Origin: a bacterium
Lineage (GTDB): Bacteria > Bdellovibrionota_B > Oligoflexia > Oligoflexales > RGVZ01
Assembly: GCA_010029825.1 (NCBI GenBank)
Contig: RGVZ01000002.1
Coordinates: 1,174-65,173, forward strand
DNA length: 64,000 nucleotides
Direction: 5' to 3'
The notes under the pieces are model-generated. The model had not been told where the DNA came from and made no database searches. It saw only the letters and a program-made list of their open reading frames with translations. Below are positions 55,869-63,182 of the stretch, piece after piece (the first letter of the stretch is position 1; each line of letters starts with the position of its first letter). The position numbers were made by a program, and so were the translations under genes.

Positions 55869-56561
55869 ATGATCCGTGCACGAAAATTGAGGGGCATGTC
55901 AGGAATCATTGTCGAGGGATGGCCTCGCATCGGCCGTATTCTCGCCAACGCGGGCCTCGCCGCGATTCTGGCCAATGGGACCGTTGCCTGCATGTCGACG
56001 GGAGAAGAAGAAGTAGATGAGGAAGTCGTCGAAGAGGACGGGAGTAACAACGAAGCAGCGGTGGCTGAGGACGGGGGCGATAAGGCCGCGGCAGACGGCG
56101 GCGCGGTCGCAGAGGAGGCACCAGTAACCGCGGATGCGACGGCAAGCAACGCAGCAGGTCCGGGCGGCGCGAACGCGATGGCTCCAGAATCCCTTCCCCC
56201 GGTCGATGCTGGCGCGGCCCCGAATGCCGCAGCAGCGGCAACTGAACCCGCGGCAGCGGCTCCGGAAACAACGGCAGCAACTGGTGCTCCCGCGGCTCCT
56301 GCGTCGACTGCAGCGGCAGGCCCCGGGATCGCGGCCGGAACGAAGGCTGTTGTGTACGCTGGCGCGCGCGCGACGATTTATGACGCGCCCAACGGGAAGG
56401 AAACCGGACACATGGCGCGGGGCGATTATGTTCTGGCCACGTCCGAAGGCGAATGGGTCAAGACATCAGACGGCCACTACGTCCGCTCGGCGGAACTTCA
56501 ACTTGCCCCTGTCGGTCGCAAGAAAGTTCAGTCACGCTGGCGCAGCCCGCGGGCACACTAA
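55869..56561 (+). CDS. SH3-domain protein with an acidic/Ala-rich low-complexity linker
   Basis: ATG 55869 lies 8 nt after a GGGAG SD. The N-terminal anchor or lipobox-like segment is LANGTVAC. A bacterial SH3-like segment lies at the C-terminus (ARATIYDAPNGKETGHMARGDYVLATSEGEWVKTSDGHYV). Confidence 0.7.
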   Translation: MIRARKLRGMSGIIVEGWPRIGRILANAGLAAILANGTVACMSTGEEEVDEEVVEEDGSNNEAAVAEDGGDKAAADGGAVAEEAPVTADATASNAAGPGGANAMAPESLPPVDAGAAPNAAAAATEPAAAAPETTAATGAPAAPASTAAAGPGIAAGTKAVVYAGARATIYDAPNGKETGHMARGDYVLATSEGEWVKTSDGHYVRSAELQLAPVGRKKVQSRWRSPRAH

Positions 56562-56944
56562 CAGGTAAAGAAGCGGCTGACCCGGACTCCTGCCAGGCAA
56601 GCAAGGACGCAACCCGTGGCGCCGGTCAGCCAGTATATCGCAGCGAAGGAAAAGCGCCTCGCATCGATAAAAACGACCATGTCCAGCGCGAAACTGGACA
56701 TGGTCGTCAACCCGCCCAGAAATCCAGTCAGCAGAAACGCCCTCGTCTCCGGTGAAAAACCATGAAGTCGCGACAGAAGAAAACCGGCGATGAATGAACC
56801 CGCAAGGTTGGCGACGATGGTACCGGCGGCATAGCCCGGAATCATCTGGCCACCAATGTGTTGAAGCAAGTGCCTGACAATCCCGCCAGCCGCGCACCCG
56901 GCGGCCACCGTCGCGAGGATTCCGGGATGCAATCCAGACGTCAT
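56558..56944 (-). CDS. crcB: Fluoride channel CrcB/FluC
   Basis: 128-aa four-helix ORF with CrcB motifs (TIVANLAGSFIAGF; LLTGFLGGLTTMSSF). Confidence 0.9.
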   Translation of the reverse strand: MTSGLHPGILATVAAGCAAGGIVRHLLQHIGGQMIPGYAAGTIVANLAGSFIAGFLLSRLHGFSPETRAFLLTGFLGGLTTMSSFALDMVVFIDARRFSFAAIYWLTGATGCVLACLAGVRVSRFFTC

Positions 56945-56954
56945 GGCAGGAGTC

Positions 56955-58442
56955 TCAATTCATCGCGTGAAAACGAAGCGACCGTTCCTCGAACGACAGG
57001 CCACCCTTGCGCCAGACAACGTCTATCCGGTTCGCACCGGGGACGGGCCTGATCCGCATCGAGACATCGTCGTTACCGGTTGGCTTCAAGTTCAGGGCCT
57101 GGGAACCGTTGACGGATACTTCAAGCTCAACCTCGCCCCGCAGAGGGCCACGCCTCTTGAATGCCAGATTCACTTCGCGCCCCATGAAAACCGCGCCGGT
57201 CTGATTGTCATCAAGCACAACCTCAAATGTCGGGAATTTGCCCCAGTCCTTGATCCAGGCTGGCTCACGCAAACCCGGCGGGGGATTCGACGGGTCCAGC
57301 CCAACGGACTCGGCCCACATGCTGACGATGGCATTGACGTCGATGTTCGGGTTTCCGAAATACTTGGTGCCACTCCCTTGCATGGCCTCAAGGGCCAACC
57401 AGATGAAGTCTGGATGATCCGTCTGGCTCTGGCCGATCCACTCGCCTCCGATCACTTCATCAGAACCGTTCAGCTCAAGGACATACTGAAGGTGCTTGGT
57501 GCCCTCTTCGCGCGTAGGAGCCACGTTGCCTTGGGGTTCGCTGGGCAGCGCCTTCGCGTAATTCAACGTCATGTTCACAAACGCGAATTGCTCGGCGGCG
57601 GGGTTGAAAACATAATTCCCGCCTCCGACCCCTAAATATTGTAACGCGGTCTGGCGCGTGATGCGCTGCACTTGCGCGGAATATTTATAGGCAGGGTAAT
57701 TCCACACCTGGCTGGTCACCGTCATGTCCGTTACCACTGGATAACCCTTGCGCCCGATCCAGTTCGCGATGGCCACGTGAAAGGTCCCGGGATTGACGTC
57801 ATCACATTCATTCATGGTTGTCGGGTCGCTACGTTCTCCGGGTCGCCGGACGCGATCCTGCTCGCAGCGATTTCCGCCGAGAAAATAATACTTCGCGCTC
57901 ATGTACACTTCCGCGAGGAGTGCCTTGATGTCGTGAGCCTCGAACACGATGCCGTTGCGCACGACCGCACGGGCAGGCTCCTTGTGGCGACTGGACGCGG
58001 CGGAGAAACCATTGCAGTGTCCCGCCCAGTTGGCACCCGGGTCCGTGCGGCGCAACGAGTGATTCGCGCTTTCCCAGTTGGCGGCGAGAGGCCGGCCACC
58101 GTTGAATGCGCGGTCATATTTCGTCACCGCACCGAAGACGTTGGTTCCGCCGTTGACTTCCGGATACCAGTGTCCGGAATATGGAATGCGTTCCTCCGGA
58201 GCTCCACCCGAGGCAGGAAGTTCACCCAGCCTCGCGGTAAAAGTGTCATCCCATACGGCGAAGAAAAAGTTGGACGAACTGTTGATCTCGCGCCGGCTGT
58301 CGGCAAAAAGCTCGCTCCGGGCAGCACCAATTCCCTCGCCGCGGGTACCGCCCACTGGTGAGACCTTCTTGCACGCGGCAATCCCCTCGCAAAGACACAA
58401 AACGGCGATGATGAGCCCTAGCGGATGAGTGCCTTGAGCCAT
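56955..58442 (-). CDS. Lipoprotein resembling the transglutaminase-elicitor (GP42-like) family
   Basis: ATG 58442 gives MAQGTHPLGLIIAVLCLCEGIAAC (lipobox). It has a Cys motif NWAGHCNGFSAAS and the segment SQVWNYPAYKYSAQV, which resembles Pep-13 (VWNQPVRGFKVYE). The family assignment is from memory and is not verified. Confidence 0.72.
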   Translation of the reverse strand: MAQGTHPLGLIIAVLCLCEGIAACKKVSPVGGTRGEGIGAARSELFADSRREINSSSNFFFAVWDDTFTARLGELPASGGAPEERIPYSGHWYPEVNGGTNVFGAVTKYDRAFNGGRPLAANWESANHSLRRTDPGANWAGHCNGFSAASSRHKEPARAVVRNGIVFEAHDIKALLAEVYMSAKYYFLGGNRCEQDRVRRPGERSDPTTMNECDDVNPGTFHVAIANWIGRKGYPVVTDMTVTSQVWNYPAYKYSAQVQRITRQTALQYLGVGGGNYVFNPAAEQFAFVNMTLNYAKALPSEPQGNVAPTREEGTKHLQYVLELNGSDEVIGGEWIGQSQTDHPDFIWLALEAMQGSGTKYFGNPNIDVNAIVSMWAESVGLDPSNPPPGLREPAWIKDWGKFPTFEVVLDDNQTGAVFMGREVNLAFKRRGPLRGEVELEVSVNGSQALNLKPTGNDDVSMRIRPVPGANRIDVVWRKGGLSFEERSLRFHAMN

Positions 58443-59797
58443 TTCAGGCGCCCCTTGTAAGGTGGATATTTCAAAGGGATATCCGGCCGCAGGGCCGAGT
58501 CCACGATTGCCTTCTGATGGGAAAATGTCAGGAAACCGTCTCGTCCGTGATAACGCCCCATGCCACTGTCGCCGACTCCGCCAAATGGCAGGCTCGGATT
58601 GGCGAGATGCACCAGGGTGTTGTTCACGCAACCACCACCGAAACTGATTCCATCGATGAAATAGTCACGTACATCTTCGTCACGCGTGAAACAGTAAAAT
58701 GCGAGCGGACGCGAACGACTCTCTATTTCGGCCTTTGCCTCTTCTGGCCTCGTCCATGTCTTGACCGGGAGCAGCGGCCCGAAGATCTCATCTTGCATCA
58801 CCAGACTGTCATTCGATGGCGCGTCGAGCAATGTCGGGGCGAAGTAAAGGGAATCCTTGTTCCTATCACCACCCAGCAGGATCTGCGCGTCGGTGAGGTA
58901 ACCTTCCAGTCTTTCAAAGTGGCGGTGGTTGATGATGCGACCGTAATCCGGACTCTTTGACGGGTCATCACCGAAAAAGTCGCGTATGGCCGTGCGCATG
59001 TGCCGCACAAGAGTCTGCACGGCGCGGTTTTCGACCAGCAAGTAATCCGGTGCCACGCAGGTCTGCCCGGCATTGAAGAATTTTCCCCACACGATGCGTC
59101 GGGCGGCAACCTTCAGGTCCGTCGAGGCGTCTACAATACATGGGCTTTTACCGCCGAGTTCCAGCGTCACTGGAGTCAAATGTTCCGCCGCCGCGCGCAT
59201 GACGACGCGCCCGATCGCCGTTCCACCTGTGAAGAAAATGTGGTCGAAGCGTTCTTTCAACAACGCCGTGGAAATCTCAACGCCACCCGTGACGGCGGAG
59301 ACAAAGCCGGGCATGAACGCATCACGAATGACCTCGGCCACGATATCAGAGGTCCTCACCGCCAATTCGGAGGGCTTGACAACAGCGCAGTTGCCGGCGG
59401 CAATCGCGGCAACGAGAGGCGCGATCGCAAGATGAAAAGGATAGTTCCACGGGGCAATGACCAGGACCACTCCGAGGGGTTCATGGCGGACATAGCTGCG
59501 CGCTGGCGCGATAAAAATAGGCGTTGGTACGTGCCGCGGGGCGGCCCAGTCATCCAGTTCGCGAACGGCAACATTGATCTCCTCGTAAAGGAAACCGATT
59601 TCGCTCGTGAACGCCTCAAAGTCGGACTTGCCGAGATCCGCGCGAAGGGCCTCCGAGATCCTGGCTTCCTTTGACTTGATGACTGCTTTCAGGGTCCTGA
59701 GCTGGGATTTGCGCCACTCGATATCGCGAGTCGCGCCAGAGGCGAAAAATTCACGGTGACCGCGAATCAAGTCCGGAATGCTGGCAATGGTTTCCAT
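58418..59797 (-). CDS. NAD(P)-dependent aldehyde dehydrogenase (ALDH3-like)
   Basis: 459-aa ORF with the motifs LELGGKSPCIV and FFNAGQTCVAPDY (catalytic Cys). Confidence 0.92.
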   Translation of the reverse strand: METIASIPDLIRGHREFFASGATRDIEWRKSQLRTLKAVIKSKEARISEALRADLGKSDFEAFTSEIGFLYEEINVAVRELDDWAAPRHVPTPIFIAPARSYVRHEPLGVVLVIAPWNYPFHLAIAPLVAAIAAGNCAVVKPSELAVRTSDIVAEVIRDAFMPGFVSAVTGGVEISTALLKERFDHIFFTGGTAIGRVVMRAAAEHLTPVTLELGGKSPCIVDASTDLKVAARRIVWGKFFNAGQTCVAPDYLLVENRAVQTLVRHMRTAIRDFFGDDPSKSPDYGRIINHRHFERLEGYLTDAQILLGGDRNKDSLYFAPTLLDAPSNDSLVMQDEIFGPLLPVKTWTRPEEAKAEIESRSRPLAFYCFTRDEDVRDYFIDGISFGGGCVNNTLVHLANPSLPFGGVGDSGMGRYHGRDGFLTFSHQKAIVDSALRPDIPLKYPPYKGRLKWLKALIR

Positions 59798-59863
59798 CTG
59801 GTCACGTCCTTGTGCCGGATTTCTCGAAAAGCCAGATTCAATGATATCGCTTCAGGGTTCGCC

Positions 59864-60343
59864 TCACAACGCAGAGACTCTCTGGCTGGATTTTTCCTGC
59901 AACGCCTGGAAATGCTTCAAAGCCGCCGGGGATTGCACTTTCGAATAAAATTCGTCCGCGACCTGGAGGCAGGACATGAGCGATACCTCACCGGATGCCT
60001 CGTCGTCACCGCCTCTGGCACCAGCTCCGCCAGCGGCAGAAAGCGCGGCATGCGGATACATGCTTTCGCAGGACTTTCGGAGGGAAGCATACATGCTTGA
60101 GTTGCAGGCCGACCAGCTGGCATCAGCTTGTTCATAACACCTGGTGTGCTCGACGCAGATCACCCTGAAAGATACTGGAATCCAGGATTCGTCGTAACCA
60201 TCAGGGCGGTGCCAGGCCTCGCACTTGTCGGCATCGGCGAAGGCCTCAGGCACCGGCAACATGCAGGCAAGCAAGAGAAGGGGAACAGCGAGGGAGGCAA
60301 ATTCGGTGGCGAACTCACGTAACGCCTGACTTAACTTTCGCAT
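59864..60343 (-). CDS. Small secreted Cys-rich protein with an sPLA2-like C-x-x-H-x-x-C-Y motif
   Basis: 159-aa ORF with a GAGG SD. It has a signal peptide (ASLAVPLLLLAC) and the motif ICVEHTRCY at 60134-60157, with downstream Cys spacing reminiscent of PLA2 folds. Confidence 0.6.
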   Translation of the reverse strand: MRKLSQALREFATEFASLAVPLLLLACMLPVPEAFADADKCEAWHRPDGYDESWIPVSFRVICVEHTRCYEQADASWSACNSSMYASLRKSCESMYPHAALSAAGGAGARGGDDEASGEVSLMSCLQVADEFYSKVQSPAALKHFQALQEKSSQRVSAL

Positions 60344-60353
60344 GACACAGCCT

Positions 60354-60402
60354 CAACAACAGCAACAACAGCAACAACAGCAACAACAGCCCTTGGGGGG
60401 GG
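60354..60402 (-). repeat. Simple-sequence repeats in the leader of the 159-aa gene: (CTGTTGTTG)x4 and C8
   Basis: On the + strand CAACAACAG occurs four times perfectly (60354-60389), followed by G8 at 60395-60402. The repeats end 10 nt upstream of the ATG at 60343. Confidence 0.92.
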
Positions 60403-60431
60403 CGAATCCACTTCCGCGGATTCTATGTTTT

Positions 60432-60459
60432 TTTATACATTTTATTAAAATAAAATCAA
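60432..60459 (-). promoter_or_regulatory. Candidate sigma70-type promoter of the 159-aa gene
   Basis: On the minus strand: TTGATT (60459-60454), 16 nt, TATAAA (60437-60432). It lies in a segment with only 8 G/C in 60 nt (60421-60480). Confidence 0.4.
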
Positions 60460-60478
60460 CATTTTAATAAAATAAAGC

Positions 60479-60504
60479 AGCCCCGAACGGTCCCAAAGGG
60501 GGCT
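60479..60504 (-). terminator. Possible terminator after the BamE-like gene
   Basis: On the minus strand a 6-bp GC stem (AGCCCC/GGGGCT, 60499-60504 with 60479-60484) has a 14-nt loop and is followed by GCTTTATTTTATT. The structure is weak. Confidence 0.3.
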
Positions 60505-60544
60505 ATTCTTGGTTTTTAATAAATAAATTCAGCTAGTTAAGGAT

Positions 60545-60937
60545 TCAGCGGCGGACGTCACCTGGATCATTGCCCGGGCGATCCGTGGACGGCGGCGAAG
60601 CGGGACGTTCACTGCGCCCCCCTGCCCCGCTGACGTCATCCGGAAAACTCGAATTGAACGAGAAGCTCTGCACAGTCCGGTCACCGTTCCAGTAGAACTT
60701 GAGTTCCTTGGTAAAGCTCTCCCCGATCAACTTGTAACGATAATAACCATAGGTCCAAGTCGGGGACCCCCCGGAATTGCCCACCATGAAAGGGTCTCCA
60801 AGAAGGCCGCGGACTTCTTCCTGGCGCGTCTTGTTCGGTTTGATCCAACTGGTTTCTGACGCGAAATACTTGCCGTTGGTGACACAACCGGCTGCAAGCA
60901 TCGCGATCCCCGCGACAAACGATTTGATAAAACGCAT
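60545..60937 (-). CDS. bamE: BamE (SmpA/OmlA)-like outer-membrane lipoprotein
   Basis: It has a signal peptide with lipobox (MLAAGC), the SmpA/OmlA pattern (TRQEEVRGLLGDPFMV...SPTWTYGYY) and a Pro/Gly/Arg-rich tail. Confidence 0.62.
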   Translation of the reverse strand: MRFIKSFVAGIAMLAAGCVTNGKYFASETSWIKPNKTRQEEVRGLLGDPFMVGNSGGSPTWTYGYYRYKLIGESFTKELKFYWNGDRTVQSFSFNSSFPDDVSGAGGRSERPASPPSTDRPGNDPGDVRR

Positions 60938-60978
60938 CTCTTGGCTCCGGGCTTGAGAATTCCTGTCCGCACGCGATT

Positions 60979-62340
60979 CTACAGCAGTTTTTTGTACCGT
61001 TGAAGCGCCCGGGTGGATTTGTCGCGGGCACGACGCAGTGCAGCGATGGATGTTCCATTGCCAGAGAGCGTCTCCTCCATGGCGTTTTCCACGTGCTCCC
61101 GCAATTCAGGAAAGACGCCAGAGATGGCCCCGCGCGCCGCCGCCGTATCCGGCGCGGCAAGAAGCTGATCCACAGCCACGCGCGCGTTCGGGTGCTCGCT
61201 ATAAAATCCTTCCTGATCCAACGCGTCGATGACATCCCGGCGGATGGGGAAATAGCCGGTATTCACGTGCCAGCGCCGCTGGACCCCGGCGGACGCAAGA
61301 TACTTGAGAAATTCGTACGCCTGGCGCATCTCAGCCTGTGGCCGCCCCCGCAAAGCCCAGATGGAATTCCCTCCCAGCACTGTTCCGCCATTCGGGGCCG
61401 CAGAAGCTGGATCTGATACCGCCGCGGAAGGCGCCGGGAACGGGCCGACAATCACAGGAAATTTCGCGCGCTGCCCGAGCACAAATACATCACTTGTTGA
61501 AGTGATCAACAGCGCCGACCTGCCAGCCATGAAGTTCTCGACCGGCGGATCCCATGAGCGCCCCGTGTTCGAGAACAAGCCTGCCCGCGAGAGGCGTCCC
61601 AACCAGTCCAAAAAGAATTGCCCCGCGATTCCATCGTATACGGCAGCTGTCGCGACCGCTGAACGACCGTTGTCATGATCGAGGAAAAGAGCCCCTTGGC
61701 GCGCCAGAGCTTGCTCAAAGATCCAGCTGGTCAGGGGCATGGCGAGGCAAGAGCGTCCCGCGGCCGGGTCGGCGAGACGCGCGCAAACAGACTCAAGTTC
61801 GTCGAACGTCGCGGGAGGCGCGCTCAATCCAGCCGCCGCCAGCGCGTCACCGTTGGCGTAAATGACCGGATTCGACGTAGCGAATGGAAGGCTGTAAAGG
61901 CGCCCATTGATCCTGTAATAACCCGTAACCTGCGGCAACATCTGGTCAAGGCCAAACGAAGTGTCGTCTCCGATGAGGTCAGCCAGTGGAATCACTCCAC
62001 CGGAATCCACAAGTTGCTGCGTGCCGATCTCGTATATTTGGGCGAGATGAGGCGGTCTTTTCGCCATGACCGCGAGGCGCAATTTATTGATGCCGTCCGC
62101 ATAAGTACCGGTGAATTGAAGCTTCACGGGCAAGTTGCCGGAGTCGGCGGCCTTGCCGTTGTATTCATCGACGATTGCTGTCAGGACCTGGCTTTTGTCG
62201 CCAGTCATGCTGTGCCAGAATTCTATCGCTTTCGCCTTTTGTGGCTTCCTTGGACCGAAGATCCGGGCGAGCTCGCAACCCTGGAGCCACAAGGCCGCAA
62301 GCATCAGACTCACAAGTCCCTGTACCAGATTGCGACTCAT
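60979..62340 (-). CDS. ABC transporter extracellular solute-binding protein (family 1, UgpB-like)
   Basis: ATG 62340 overlaps the permease stop (ATGA). It has a lipoprotein signal (LMLAALWLQGC). The body is typical of sugar/glycerol-3-phosphate binding proteins (IEFWHSMTG...). Confidence 0.87.
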   Translation of the reverse strand: MSRNLVQGLVSLMLAALWLQGCELARIFGPRKPQKAKAIEFWHSMTGDKSQVLTAIVDEYNGKAADSGNLPVKLQFTGTYADGINKLRLAVMAKRPPHLAQIYEIGTQQLVDSGGVIPLADLIGDDTSFGLDQMLPQVTGYYRINGRLYSLPFATSNPVIYANGDALAAAGLSAPPATFDELESVCARLADPAAGRSCLAMPLTSWIFEQALARQGALFLDHDNGRSAVATAAVYDGIAGQFFLDWLGRLSRAGLFSNTGRSWDPPVENFMAGRSALLITSTSDVFVLGQRAKFPVIVGPFPAPSAAVSDPASAAPNGGTVLGGNSIWALRGRPQAEMRQAYEFLKYLASAGVQRRWHVNTGYFPIRRDVIDALDQEGFYSEHPNARVAVDQLLAAPDTAAARGAISGVFPELREHVENAMEETLSGNGTSIAALRRARDKSTRALQRYKKLL

Positions 62341-63182
62341 CCCTTGACCCCCGACATGGTCAAGCCACGGACAAATTGCTTTTGCGTCGCGACGAACAAG
62401 GCAATGGACGGCAGGACCAGCATCGAGGTCGCGGCCATGACCATGCCCCAACTTGTTGCTTCTTGCTCAGACCGGAACATTCCCACACCAACCTGCACTG
62501 TCCGCATCGCGGCTGACTGGGTTACGACCAGGGGCCAAAGATACTGGTTCCATGCCGAAACGAAGGCGAACACGCCAAAAGCGACAATGGCAGGCATCGA
62601 AACGGGAACAAGCACCTGGAAAAGAAAGCGCAGACGCGAGGCCCCATCAACAATGGCGGCTTCCTCGAGCTCGCGGGGAACGCCGCGAAAGAACTGATAC
62701 AGGAGAAATATGCCGAACGACGATGCCGAATACGGGGCAATCAGCGCGAAATGCGTATCAAGCATGCCGCCACGTACCATCAAGAGGTAATTCGGGACAA
62801 TGGTGATCTCGGACGGGATCATCATCAGCGCGACGACAACACCAAGGATGAATTTTCGTCCGGTAAACTCCATGCGTGCCAGCGCATAGGCCGCAAGAAT
62901 CGAAGTGATCATCTGCATCGCCGTGATTCCAAGCGCCGCGATCAGGGAGTTCACGATGAAAGTCCCCAAAGGGGCAGCCTTCAAGGCATTAGAATAGTTT
63001 TCGTATACCGGCACGCCGGGAAAAAGAGTGGGCGGAAAGCGATATGCCTCCGCTGCGTCCTTGAAGGAAACAGAAAGCATGTACACGACGGGAAATGCGT
63101 GGACCATGGCCGGTAACAAGAGCAGAACAGTCGCGAGCCATCGCGTGTGCCACACGGGCAGGCCGTCAGAGCCCTTCATCAT
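62337..63182 (-). CDS. Carbohydrate-type ABC transporter permease (UgpE-like)
   Basis: 281-aa ORF with six helices and the EAA loop EAAIVDGASRLRFLFQVLVP. Confidence 0.9.
   Translation of the reverse strand: MMKGSDGLPVWHTRWLATVLLLLPAMVHAFPVVYMLSVSFKDAAEAYRFPPTLFPGVPVYENYSNALKAAPLGTFIVNSLIAALGITAMQMITSILAAYALARMEFTGRKFILGVVVALMMIPSEITIVPNYLLMVRGGMLDTHFALIAPYSASSFGIFLLYQFFRGVPRELEEAAIVDGASRLRFLFQVLVPVSMPAIVAFGVFAFVSAWNQYLWPLVVTQSAAMRTVQVGVGMFRSEQEATSWGMVMAATSMLVLPSIALFVATQKQFVRGLTMSGVKG

Noticed and set aside
59798-59863. Fluoride riboswitch upstream of the ALDH-lipoprotein-crcB string
   Set aside because: The 66-nt region shows no resemblance, on the coding strand, to the conserved GGCGATGG...CCGCC...GATGA core as I recall it. 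A covariance-model search is still needed for certainty.
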